In this document: positions 49,049-58,472 of the stretch, in pieces
How the letters are laid out: every line of letters begins with the position of its first letter
Numbering within the stretch: position 1 is the stretch's first letter
DNA from: an uncultured bacterium
Lineage (GTDB): Bacteria > Fidelibacterota > UBA2242
NCBI GenBank assembly: GCA_964589175.1
Contig: CAZPRY010000007.1
Coordinates: 52,938 to 116,937 of the forward strand
DNA length: 64,000 nucleotides
Direction: 5' to 3'
The notes under the pieces: model-generated
What the model saw: the letters and a program-made list of their open reading frames with translations, nothing else
Told to the model about the DNA's origin: nothing
Databases searched by the model: none
Translations under genes and position numbers: made by a program

Positions 49049-49802
49049 TCTTTAGCACCTCTCCCACCAAATTCATGTAATCCTGTGCTCCGGCCGACGA
49101 GGCATCATATAGAATAATCGGTTTCCCGAAACTGGGAGATTCTCCCAGACGAACATTGCGGCGGATAACAGTCTGATATACTTTTTCCTTGAAATGGCTG
49201 CGAACCTGCTCCGCAACCTCATTCGAAAGCCTGAGACGGGAATCATACATCGTGATCAGGACGCCCTCAATCTGCAACGATCGGTTCAGACTTCTCTGCA
49301 CGAGCCGGATTGTATGCAGCAATTGCCCCAAACCTTCCATGGCATAGTACTCACATTGAATCGGAATGACGATCGAATGTGAGGCGGTCAGACTGTTCAG
49401 GGTCAGCAGGCCCAGCGATGGCGGACAATCGATAATCACATAGCGATACGATTTGTCCAGATTTTCCAGTGCTTTCTTGAGTACGTTTTCACGGCCCATC
49501 ATCGAGACCATTTCGATCTCAGCCCCGACCAAACGGGTCGTTGACGGCAAAATATCCAGGAAGGGAATTTCGGTATGCATGATTGCCGCATTGATATCCA
49601 CTTCTTCGACCAGCACTTCGTAAACACTTTTACTTATATCTTTATAATCAATCCCGCAGCCCAGCGTGGCATTAGCCTGGGGATCGATATCGATTAAGAG
49701 GGTTTTCACTTCAGAAACGGCGAAACCGGCAGCCATATTTACAGAAGTTGTCGTTTTCCCAACCCCGCCTTTCTGATTTGCGACGGTCAATATTTTGGTC
49801 AT
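49026..49802 (-). CDS. parA: Chromosome partitioning ATPase ParA (Soj)
   Basis: Deviant Walker A KGGVGKTT. 258 aa, of the Soj/MinD class. Confidence 0.9.
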   Translation of the reverse strand: MTKILTVANQKGGVGKTTTSVNMAAGFAVSEVKTLLIDIDPQANATLGCGIDYKDISKSVYEVLVEEVDINAAIMHTEIPFLDILPSTTRLVGAEIEMVSMMGRENVLKKALENLDKSYRYVIIDCPPSLGLLTLNSLTASHSIVIPIQCEYYAMEGLGQLLHTIRLVQRSLNRSLQIEGVLITMYDSRLRLSNEVAEQVRSHFKEKVYQTVIRRNVRLGESPSFGKPIILYDASSAGAQDYMNLVGEVLKNDGQTLG

Positions 49803-50029
49803 GCCAACAACTCCAACCTATGTATTAACAATATATTACGAACGGTCCCATGCGATTTTAAAAACACCAAGAATTTAATTCCGCACTACCTCAAAAACAA
49901 GTCAAAAGGCTTGGGGCCGATCCCCATACAGCATTCCAATCTCTGAATCCTTCTGCCGTAGAAATGCCATCCGAACAGCGCTCCGGAAATATTTTTCAGA
50001 GTGGATTCTCGTCGGAAATACGGTGCGCG

Positions 50030-51172
50030 TTAAGGCTCCTCCGGCAGCAGCATTTCCTCGACCTGGTAATGCACCCCGCGCGCCGCCAGATAAGCCAGCA
50101 CATGATCGAAGCAGGCTTGATCCGCGCCGATGTATTCCGGCGGACAGACACCTTTCTGCTTGAATTTACCTTCTAGAAAAAGGTCGACGACGGCGGTGCA
50201 GGTGTAACCCGTCGTGCGCGCCATGGAACTCGTCATGGTCTTCTTATCGAAGTGATCGAAGAGATGGTAGTTGTACTGTTTGCGGCGCCCGTTCTCGTTA
50301 CCGGTGATAACGATTTTCATCACGGTGAATTCCGGTTCATCCTTCTTTAGATACCATTTCGGGAAGAGCAGATGTTCGGTCAATTGCAGCGGCACCAGCT
50401 CCTGCCCGCCGACGGAAACCGGTTCCCGGCCAAAAAAACCAGTCGCTTTCAGAATTTCGATCACGGAACGGTGTCCCGGGTAACGCAGCGTCTTCTCCTT
50501 CATCTGCGGAATCCTGACCGTTTTCAACAACGTCCGTAAACCGTCGGTGTTGAAGGCCTCGAGTGAACCGATCGGGTCAATATCGATAAATTCCGGGTCG
50601 GACAGGGCCGGCTTCACTACGATCTTGCCGTCCACCACCATGCGCGCCGGACGGATATACTCCTCGATGACATCGCTGGGCGAGAAAGGTGCCTTGTAAT
50701 AGTAAGGCCATTTGCGCTCGAAAGGCATTCCACCGACGTAACATTCATAACTTTCGATTTCCATGCGCGCGTTGTGATAACCCAGAATAATATTGCTCAT
50801 ACCCGGCGCAACCCCGCAGTCCATCAGAACGGTTACGTCTTTTTCTTTGGCAAAATCATCCAACTCGAAAGGGTCCTCGTTGAAAAAGGAAATATCGATC
50901 ACATCCTTCCCGGCATCCACGATCGGCCAGAGAGTATTGAAGCCCATAAAACCCGGCAATGCCCCAACGACCAGATCGCAATCACTGACCAGTTCGCGGA
51001 TTTTCTCCGGATCATGGATTTCGGCTTCAATGGTTTCTACCGGACAATTCCCGCGCATTCCCTTGAGCCGTTCCTCATTCAGATCGACGGCCACAACATT
51101 GAAGCGCTTACACAGATCCAGCGCGATAGCACTGCCGACCATGCCTGCACCCAGTACCACGACTTTCTTCAT
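50030..51172 (-). CDS. Saccharopine dehydrogenase family oxidoreductase (saccharopine/carboxynorspermidine dehydrogenase-like)
   Basis: Rossmann fold MKKVVVLGAGMVGSAIALDL, and a saccharopine-DH C-terminal domain. The start at ATG 51172 is preceded by a GAGAGAGGGG Shine-Dalgarno sequence. Confidence 0.8.
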   Translation of the reverse strand: MKKVVVLGAGMVGSAIALDLCKRFNVVAVDLNEERLKGMRGNCPVETIEAEIHDPEKIRELVSDCDLVVGALPGFMGFNTLWPIVDAGKDVIDISFFNEDPFELDDFAKEKDVTVLMDCGVAPGMSNIILGYHNARMEIESYECYVGGMPFERKWPYYYKAPFSPSDVIEEYIRPARMVVDGKIVVKPALSDPEFIDIDPIGSLEAFNTDGLRTLLKTVRIPQMKEKTLRYPGHRSVIEILKATGFFGREPVSVGGQELVPLQLTEHLLFPKWYLKKDEPEFTVMKIVITGNENGRRKQYNYHLFDHFDKKTMTSSMARTTGYTCTAVVDLFLEGKFKQKGVCPPEYIGADQACFDHVLAYLAARGVHYQVEEMLLPEEP

Positions 51173-51346
51173 CGATTTTCCCCCTCTCTCAGCGTTACTA
51201 TTCACGATCCGTTGCGGCAATCCAATGGCTTTTCATGCTTTCCGGGTAACGAGCAACTGAAGAACTGGAAATTTCCGTCATCCTGATTTCCTTTGCTTAA
51301 GACTAATCGCATTCCACGAAAATGTCAAGGAAAACCGTAGATAATT

Positions 51347-52186
51347 TTAGCGATTGGCGTAGCAGTATATGCAGCCGTGCGCACAACTGTGATAACACCC
51401 GATATCACGGCTTGCATAACAGCCGCAGCCTGCGCGCGTTGGCTTCAGCCGGTCAGCGAATTGCTGATCCCGGAAAAGTTTCTGCAACAGCGGCGCATCG
51501 ATGCAATGTCCGGCCGTGATCCCGCTCGCCGCCGAGACACCATTCTCACAGCAGGTGAAAAGACGGATGTGTTCCCGTTCGGCAATTTTTCGCATTTCCT
51601 GCGCCAGTTCGATCTCGCGCTGCAGGTCGGGCTCCCAAAAGCGCAGCCGGCCGCTTTGCTCCAGCTGTTCAAATTTCCTGCGCACTTTACCGTACAGGTC
51701 CACAAAACTGATGTAGCAGCGCTCGGTGACATCATGCAGGATTGCGGCCAGGCCGGCGAAGCGCTCCAGGCGTTCCTGCGGCGGAGTCAGATCGGAAAAG
51801 ATAATCGGATCGAAGCGCCAGAAAATTCTGTCTTTGCCGTAACGCCGTGCCAATTCCCGCAGCGCGGGCAGGGTGTCCGCCAGGAGCGGCACGCCCGGCT
51901 CGAGCAGGTCGCGGGCAGTCTGCGTATATCCGGTCACGGTCACATGGAAAACGAAACGCTCAGCATACAGATCCCCGATCTCATCCAGGATGGGCAGAAA
52001 CGGCCGATAATCCCGGGACCAGAAAACGAAGGCGCCTACGTCTTCCGGGCGCAGCGATACGCAGTAGAATTTGCCTGAAAAGGGATTGGGCACCGCGACC
52101 ATTCCCGCTTTCACCTGCTGCCGAAACCAGTCGCCGAAAAAAGCCGGGATATCCGTGCGGCGACTGGCGGAGATGATCGATTTCAT
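51347..52186 (-). CDS. DUF1848 domain-containing protein (C-terminal Cys-cluster protein)
   Basis: N-terminal SASRRTDIPAFF and the C-terminal cluster GCGCYASRDIGCYHSCAHGCIYCYA. I placed the start at MKSII (ATG 52184-52186), which has a GAGG RBS. Confidence 0.6.
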   Translation of the reverse strand: MKSIISASRRTDIPAFFGDWFRQQVKAGMVAVPNPFSGKFYCVSLRPEDVGAFVFWSRDYRPFLPILDEIGDLYAERFVFHVTVTGYTQTARDLLEPGVPLLADTLPALRELARRYGKDRIFWRFDPIIFSDLTPPQERLERFAGLAAILHDVTERCYISFVDLYGKVRRKFEQLEQSGRLRFWEPDLQREIELAQEMRKIAEREHIRLFTCCENGVSAASGITAGHCIDAPLLQKLFRDQQFADRLKPTRAGCGCYASRDIGCYHSCAHGCIYCYANR

Positions 52187-52408
52187 CCGCGCCTCGTGTA
52201 GATTCATGATTTCACGAAGAAAGACCGATACGATTGATTGGGGATAAGTTAAGCAGTTTCCGCGACAAAAACAGCTTATCGGCCTGGCAGGCAGGCCGGG
52301 TCGACTGAGTCCTGTTTTTCGGGGATCGAGGAGATACCGTAGACGCAACAATCCCGCAATTCAACAAGGGAAAGTGGGTGTAACCCTATCGTAAATTGCG
52401 GGACCGGA

Positions 52409-52660
52409 CTATACTAGAATACTTACCAATTTTCTATCACGACCTTTGCGCTCGAACTTCACCTTACCATCGGCGAGCGCGAAGAGCGTGTAATCATGGC
52501 CGACACCGACATTGGTACCGGGATGAATTTTCGTGCCGTGCTGACGGACGATGATCGAACCTGCCGTAACGAATTCGCCACCGAAGCGCTTGACACCCAG
52601 CCGTTGAGCATTGCTGTCGCGACCGTTTTTCGAACTTCCAACACCTTTTTTATGTGCCAT
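52409..52660 (-). CDS. rpmA: 50S ribosomal protein L27
   Basis: [28 protein letters not shown]... is a canonical L27. Confidence 0.95.
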   Translation of the reverse strand: MAHKKGVGSSKNGRDSNAQRLGVKRFGGEFVTAGSIIVRQHGTKIHPGTNVGVGHDYTLFALADGKVKFERKGRDRKLVSILV

Positions 52661-52672
52661 TACTCAGAACTC

Positions 52673-53107
52673 CTAGCTCTCTTTGCTCTCTTTGCTCTCT
52701 TTGCTTTCTTTGCTTTCTTCGGTTTTCTCGACCACCGGAGCGGGTTGCGCTTTGGGAGCGGCTTTTTTCGCCTGCTTTTTCGCCGGAGCACCAAATTTGC
52801 CCACTTCCAGCACGGTATATTGCTGACGATGACCGTTCTTTTTCTGGTAGCCTTTGCGGCGTTTTTTCTTAAAAACGATGACCTTTTTCAGCCGGGCGTG
52901 TTCGACAATCGTAGTATCGATGGATACGTTCTCGATAAAGGGATTCCCGATCTCCACCGTTTCACCGTTTCTCAGGTAAAGCACATTCTTTACAACAAAT
53001 GTGGCGCCGGCTTCCTGATCGAGTCTGGGAACCTTAATTTTCTTACCGGGTTCCATGATAATCTGTTGCCCTGCTATCTCGGCAATCGCGTAATTTTCTA
53101 ATCTCAT
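52673..53107 (-). CDS. rplU: 50S ribosomal protein L21 with a C-terminal Lys/Ala/Pro-rich and (KES)n extension
   Basis: The L21 core is MRLENYAIAEIAGQQIIMEPGKKIKV...HRQQYTVLEV. It is followed by a ~45-aa tail, PAKKQAKKAAPKAQPAPVVEKTEESKESKESKESKES. The start is at ATG 53105-53107. Confidence 0.9.
   Translation of the reverse strand: MRLENYAIAEIAGQQIIMEPGKKIKVPRLDQEAGATFVVKNVLYLRNGETVEIGNPFIENVSIDTTIVEHARLKKVIVFKKKRRKGYQKKNGHRQQYTVLEVGKFGAPAKKQAKKAAPKAQPAPVVEKTEESKESKESKESKES
52677..52721. repeat. Tandem 9-nt repeat (CTCTCTTTG)x5, imperfect, encoding (KES)n at the rplU 3' end
   Basis: ctctctttg ctctctttg ctctctttg ctttctttg ctttcttcg, seen directly in the sequence. Confidence 0.8.
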
Positions 53108-53173
53108 TCTTTTCTCTCTGTTTCCTTCCAAAAAGGCTGGTGAATTTAAATATTCCTTTTAGTGATGTCAAGT

Positions 53174-54727
53174 CTAATATTCATCCGTCAGGTCTTTCTC
53201 GGTGCGCGTGGAATAGACCCGGAATTCGTCGTTATTCAGGGCCGGATCGACGACCACTTTGATCAGGATGAAGTATTTCCACTGCAGTTTGCGCAGCAGG
53301 TTGCCCGTCGATAGACGCAGGTATTCGGCCATCTCCGGATTGAGATGCAGACGCAATTTGCGCTCGCGCGATTTGACCTTGAAACGCCGGAACCAACTTT
53401 CCATGCGCGTAACCATCGTGCCCTTGGAAGTCACCCGACCGGAACCGTGGCAGAGCGGACATTCGTCGCTGACCGCATCCAGCAGATGAATCCGGATGCG
53501 CTGACGGGTCATTTCCAGCAAACCGAAAGCCGAGATCGGCGATAAGGCCACCTTGGCCCGGTCGCGGTATAACTCGCGCCGTAATTCCTGGAACACTTTC
53601 TTCTTGTTCTCATCTTCATCCATATCGATGAAATCGATGACGATCAGACCACCGATATCCCGTAAGCGCAACTGGCGGGCGATCTCTTTCGCGGCCTGCT
53701 GATTGGTTTTCAAAGACGTTTTTTCGTGGTCTCTTTTGCTGATGAATTTCCCGCTGTTCACGTCAATCGTCGTCATGGCTTCGGTGTGCTCGATGACGAT
53801 AAATCCGCCGTTTTTCAGCCAGATCTTCTTACCGAGCGATTTCTCAAACTCTTTCTCGACATTGTACTGCTCGAACAGCGGCGCGCGCGAACTGTAATGT
53901 TCGATCTTCCTGACGAACTCGGGCGAGACACTCTTGACGTAACGATGCAGCTCTTTATAAAGCGATTTCGTATCGACCACAATTTTGCTCACATCATTGG
54001 TCAACAGGTCACGGATGACCACCGACGCCATTTCCATATCGCGGTAGACGCAGGCCGGCGCGGCTTCATTGCGGATCGCGTCCTCAATGTCTTTCCACTC
54101 CTTCATCAACTGCTTGAGGTCGGCTTCGAGCGCCTCACTCTCCTTTTTTCCGGCAACCGTACGGATGATCAGGCCAAAATTTTTGGGCTTGATCGCGCGG
54201 GCAATTTTGCGCAGACGGCGGCGCTCCTCGCGCCAGTGAATCTTCTTCGAAATGCCGATGTAATCGATGTTGGGCACCAGCACCAAAAAGCGGCCGGGCA
54301 GCGAAATATCCGTCGTGACGCGAGCGCCTTTGCTGGCAAACGGTTCCTTGATCACCTGCACCAGGATGTCCTGTCCTTTTTGCAGATTGGCCGAATCCAC
54401 CCCGCCCGGGCGGGTGTGTTTGGGTTTCGAATCGACTTCGTCTTCCTCGTCTTCTTCCTCGTTATCGCTCAAATCACCCATCATCGTCATGAGGTTCTGA
54501 GGATTGTTGATTTCAGAGAAAGGTAGAAACGCATTGTGCGGGGTGGCGATATCGACAAAGGCCGCCTGAATACCGGGAATGACGTTTTCAACCTTCCCTT
54601 TATAAATGTTCCCGATCATGCGGGTTCGTTCCGGTTTCTCTACATACAATTCCACCAACTCGCCGTCTTCCTGAATGGCAATCCGGGTCTCCTTGGCGGT
54701 TTCACTGATTAATATGACTTTATCCAT
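53174..54727 (-). CDS. rng: Ribonuclease E/G family endoribonuclease (RNase G-like)
   Basis: An S1 domain at the N-terminus (MIGNIYKGKVENVIPGIQAAFVDI), an RNase E/G catalytic core, and a zinc-link CPxCxGxG (CPLCHGSG). Confidence 0.9.
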   Translation of the reverse strand: MDKVILISETAKETRIAIQEDGELVELYVEKPERTRMIGNIYKGKVENVIPGIQAAFVDIATPHNAFLPFSEINNPQNLMTMMGDLSDNEEEDEEDEVDSKPKHTRPGGVDSANLQKGQDILVQVIKEPFASKGARVTTDISLPGRFLVLVPNIDYIGISKKIHWREERRRLRKIARAIKPKNFGLIIRTVAGKKESEALEADLKQLMKEWKDIEDAIRNEAAPACVYRDMEMASVVIRDLLTNDVSKIVVDTKSLYKELHRYVKSVSPEFVRKIEHYSSRAPLFEQYNVEKEFEKSLGKKIWLKNGGFIVIEHTEAMTTIDVNSGKFISKRDHEKTSLKTNQQAAKEIARQLRLRDIGGLIVIDFIDMDEDENKKKVFQELRRELYRDRAKVALSPISAFGLLEMTRQRIRIHLLDAVSDECPLCHGSGRVTSKGTMVTRMESWFRRFKVKSRERKLRLHLNPEMAEYLRLSTGNLLRKLQWKYFILIKVVVDPALNNDEFRVYSTRTEKDLTDEY

Positions 54728-54753
54728 TTTTTAAATCCTGATTCAAAATCTTG

Positions 54754-57270
54754 TTATGGTTCATGTACCAACAGGGCTGCGCGATGGACCTGGTAAGATC
54801 GATCCGACAAGCCCAGTACGTTTAAAATTTCATCCACTTTTACGGTGTGTCCATCCTTAATGCTCGTGCCGATAAGCAGACCACCATTCTTATCGCGCTC
54901 GATGGACTCCACAAATGCCCGAACATTGAAGGGTTTTTTGCGACCGCTCCGAATCCGGTGCACGATGACCTCTTCGCGTGATAGAAAATCGTCGATTGTC
55001 CCGTTTATGTCAACCGGCAGACTCTCCTCAAACGCCGCCGCATAGCGGGCGGCATAAATCAGACTGCTGACCGCCGGGTCGCGCAGCGGCAGCTCCGTCA
55101 CTTCCAGAATTTCCAATCCAATCGGGAAAGCCGCGTTGATCTTCTCGCGGACGGCCGGCGAGGGCTGGTTCAGCACGATTTCCAAGTACTCCGCTTCCGA
55201 CGTGTATCCGAAAGGCAAGGCCAATCCCATCGAAATACGCGGCCGCTGGTTGAATCCCCCGGTGTAGCGTAAATCCAATCCGCTCTGCCGCAAGGCGCGC
55301 TGGAAAATCCGCATCAGGTCCAGCTGCGATGTAAAACGGATTTCAGGCCCTTTTTTGAATTTCAGACGATAGCGGGTCGGAAGCGGCTCGGCGGTTTCCT
55401 GAACGACGCCGGCAGGCACACTTGCGCTCTCCCCGGCAATACGCATATCCAGCGCCCCGGGAACGCACACACCGCAGCTCAAACAACCGGAGCGGCAATC
55501 GGCGGTGCTTTCCGCGCGCAGGGCTTTTTCGCGCTCGCCCAGCAGGAATGCGCGGCTAATCAGCGGATCGATGATTTCCCAGGGAAGGACAGCATCTGTT
55601 GCAATTTTTTTTATATAATCATCCGGATTAACGCCGCTTTCCGCAAAGGCTTCGGACCACAATTGCGGCGCAAAGAATTCCGTCCAGGAATCGAAACGGG
55701 CACCCTTTTCCCAGGCGCGATAAATCACATCGGAAAGCCGCCGGTCGCCACGCGCCATGATGCCCTCCAGGCGCGACACCTGCGGGTCCCGCCCCATCAC
55801 CTTGATAAATTTCAGTTCGCGTAGGCGCGGCTTGAGAAAGTCCAGTTTGCGCTGATTCTCTTCGGGTGAATCCTGCGCCTCCCATTGAAAGGGCGTGAAC
55901 GCTTTGGGAATGAAGGGCGAGAGCGTGACATTCAGAGTGAGTTTGGATTTGCCAACGGCCAGCACCCGGGCGGTCAGATCAACGATGGCCTGCAAATCAT
56001 CATCGGTTTCGGTCGGTAATCCCAGCATAAAATACAGCTTCAGCGAGCGCCAGCCATGCCTGAGCGCAATTTCGACGGACTGCAGCAATTCGTCCTCGCT
56101 GATTCTTTTGTTGATCACCCGCCGCAAGCGTTCGGAACCGGCTTCCGGCGCGAAGGTCAAGCCCGATTTGCGCGTCTGGCTGGCAGCCTGCGCTACTCCT
56201 TCCGAAAAACTGTCAAGGCGCAACGAGGGCAGACTGATCGAGATGCGGCGCTGCTCCCGAAATTCCGTGGTATCTTCGACAACCCGCTGAAGCCCCGTAT
56301 AATCCGAAGTCGACAGTGACAGGAGCGACAGATCATCGTAGCCGGTGGCCTGCAAAGATTTCAATATCTGCTCCGTCAATTCGTCCGGCTCGCGCTCCCG
56401 GATCGGCCGGTAAAGCATGCCCGCCTGGCAAAAGCGGCAGCCCTGGGTGCACCCGCGCATGATCTCCGCAACCAGGCGATCCTGCGCAATTTCAACTAGC
56501 GGCATGATGGGTTTTTCCGGATAGTTGTCCGCTGCCAGTTCCGCCACCCGGTTGGCCTTAATCCTGGGTGGAATATCATCGTAGTCTGGGCGCAAGCCGT
56601 CAAACTGTCCATCCGGTCCGGTTTCAACATGGTAAAGCGAAGGCGCGTAAATACCGGAGAATCCGGTCGCCAGTTTACGCAGGATTTGCTCCCGGGGCAA
56701 CCCATCCCGCCGCAAGCGGGCCAGTTCCCTCACCACCGGAACGATCGACTCTTCGGCATCGCCGATAAAGAAAAAATCCACAAAGTCGGCCAGCGGTTCG
56801 GGATTGTAGGCACAACCGCCGCCGGCCACGATAAAGGGATCGCCCGCGCCTCGCTCCCGCGACCGTAGCGGGATTCCGGCCAGATCCAGCATATTCAGTA
56901 CATTGCTGTAGCATAATTCATACTGCAGTGTGAAACCGAGCAGATCAAAATCTTTCAGGGCCGTCTTGCTCTCAAGGCTGTAGAGCGGGATGGCGTGCCG
57001 GCGCAGTTCCGCCTCCATATCGTCCCAGGGCGCGAATACGCGTTCCGCCACGATATCTTTCTCCCGGTTGAGGAGATGATAGAGAATCTGGAAACCGTAG
57101 TACGACATGCCTACATCATAGAGATCCGGGAAAGCCAACGCCACGCTGACAGCCACCTCAACATGGTTTTTCCGGATGATATTTGTCTCATTGCCCGTGT
57201 AGCGGCCGGGCTTGGCGACACGGGGAAAGATCTCAGTTTCGAGCTGACGAAGGAGCTTATTTTCCAGCAA
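54754..57270 (-). CDS. Radical SAM protein (TIGR03960-type, B12-binding-like N-domain) fused to a DUF2344/TIGR03936 domain
   Basis: 838 aa with a Cx3Cx2C radical-SAM motif (CTQGCRFCQAG). The C-terminal ~250 aa match DUF2344, which is usually encoded next to the radical-SAM gene and rne/rng. Confidence 0.75.
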   Translation of the reverse strand: MLENKLLRQLETEIFPRVAKPGRYTGNETNIIRKNHVEVAVSVALAFPDLYDVGMSYYGFQILYHLLNREKDIVAERVFAPWDDMEAELRRHAIPLYSLESKTALKDFDLLGFTLQYELCYSNVLNMLDLAGIPLRSRERGAGDPFIVAGGGCAYNPEPLADFVDFFFIGDAEESIVPVVRELARLRRDGLPREQILRKLATGFSGIYAPSLYHVETGPDGQFDGLRPDYDDIPPRIKANRVAELAADNYPEKPIMPLVEIAQDRLVAEIMRGCTQGCRFCQAGMLYRPIREREPDELTEQILKSLQATGYDDLSLLSLSTSDYTGLQRVVEDTTEFREQRRISISLPSLRLDSFSEGVAQAASQTRKSGLTFAPEAGSERLRRVINKRISEDELLQSVEIALRHGWRSLKLYFMLGLPTETDDDLQAIVDLTARVLAVGKSKLTLNVTLSPFIPKAFTPFQWEAQDSPEENQRKLDFLKPRLRELKFIKVMGRDPQVSRLEGIMARGDRRLSDVIYRAWEKGARFDSWTEFFAPQLWSEAFAESGVNPDDYIKKIATDAVLPWEIIDPLISRAFLLGEREKALRAESTADCRSGCLSCGVCVPGALDMRIAGESASVPAGVVQETAEPLPTRYRLKFKKGPEIRFTSQLDLMRIFQRALRQSGLDLRYTGGFNQRPRISMGLALPFGYTSEAEYLEIVLNQPSPAVREKINAAFPIGLEILEVTELPLRDPAVSSLIYAARYAAAFEESLPVDINGTIDDFLSREEVIVHRIRSGRKKPFNVRAFVESIERDKNGGLLIGTSIKDGHTVKVDEILNVLGLSDRSYQVHRAALLVHEP

Positions 57271-57469
57271 AATTTTCTTCCAGCAAAGCTTTCGAATCTA
57301 TTTCACGGCAGATGGATTCTGACACCCAATCCGCTTTGCGGTCTGCCGGATTCTCACAATTTAGATGGTATGAACGGTTTCATACCATAGCGTATATTAA
57401 TGAATTTTCATGGGTTTATCAACCCATACAAAATTGCGTGATGCCCGCCCTCCCGAAAAAGTGCTTTCT

Positions 57470-58039
57470 TCAGACGGATAAATTTCCTTCCAGCTTCAAA
57501 TCTTTGGCAATGGTTTTGAGCGCATCGATCACGCGCTGGATGTGTTCGCTCTCCTCCACGCCGAGTTCAGCGATACCCTGCCGGATCTCCTCGCGGTTGA
57601 CCTTGGCCGCAAAAGAATGCTGCTTGAATTTCTTGCGCACCGATTGGGGCGTTACATCATAAACACTCTGCGAGGGACGCACCAGCGCCACGGCAATCAC
57701 AAAACCGGCCAGTTCGTCAACGGCGAAAAGCGTCTTGGCCAGCAGCGTATCCCGCTCCGTTCCGGTATAGTCGGCATGTCCCATAATGGCCTTGCGCATC
57801 TCTTCCGGGTAACCTTCCCGCGCCAGGATTTCATTCCCGCGATAGGGATGATTCTGCGCGTCCGGGAACATCTCATAATCGAAGTCATGCAGCAGGCCGA
57901 CAACTCCCCAATAGTCCGGATCTTCACCATAATATTCGGCGTAATGGCGCATCGCGGCCTCGACCGCCAGAGCATGTTTGATCAGGCTGTCTGTTTTCGT
58001 GTACTCATTTAAAAGTTTCCAGGCTTTCTCTCGATCCAT
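57470..58039 (-). CDS. HD-domain phosphohydrolase
   Basis: H...HD motif (ALAVEAAMRHY...VVGLLHDFD) and downstream His/Asp ligands (IMGHADY, AVDEL). Confidence 0.75.
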   Translation of the reverse strand: MDREKAWKLLNEYTKTDSLIKHALAVEAAMRHYAEYYGEDPDYWGVVGLLHDFDYEMFPDAQNHPYRGNEILAREGYPEEMRKAIMGHADYTGTERDTLLAKTLFAVDELAGFVIAVALVRPSQSVYDVTPQSVRKKFKQHSFAAKVNREEIRQGIAELGVEESEHIQRVIDALKTIAKDLKLEGNLSV

Positions 58040-58072
58040 AGCGGTTCTCCTTTTACAGCTAACGCAAAAATA

Positions 58073-58357
58073 TCAATCCGGGTCTTGCGGGCCATCACCG
58101 GGAACGCCCAGATTCGGACAATGCCCGCAGGCCAGAAGCACCCGTTTAAAGCGGCGGTCATAGATCATTTCGTACTCCCGCTCTTTGCCCGGGAAGTGCG
58201 TCAGGATCTTCTGCCGGGCGGTTTGCAGGATTTCCAGGGCTTCCGCCTCACTGAGACTCTCATTTCGCAGGCGCCCGACAACTCTATCCGAATAGCCGCG
58301 CAGCCAGAGCAGCCAACGCTCTTCCCGCATCTGTTCTTCCAATATAATCTGCGCCAT
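58073..58357 (-). CDS. Hypothetical small protein
   Basis: A 94-aa ORF packed between the HD-domain gene and ychF on the same strand. I recognise no family. Confidence 0.35.
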   Translation of the reverse strand: MAQIILEEQMREERWLLWLRGYSDRVVGRLRNESLSEAEALEILQTARQKILTHFPGKEREYEMIYDRRFKRVLLACGHCPNLGVPGDGPQDPD

Positions 58358-58472
58358 GATTCCGGTCCCGGATTTAATTCCTCAAAATGCTGTAAACGAG
58401 TTTACAAAATGAAGGATAAAGAAGAAAGTCCAAAATTCCGTGCAAAGGGACGTTACCCGGAGAACCAATCGG

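Noticed and set aside
57183-57662. A 159-aa plus-strand ORF in the gap between the radical-SAM and HD-domain genes
   Set aside because: Most of it is antisense to the HD-domain gene. The translation is low-complexity and Ser/Arg-rich, with no start-site support.
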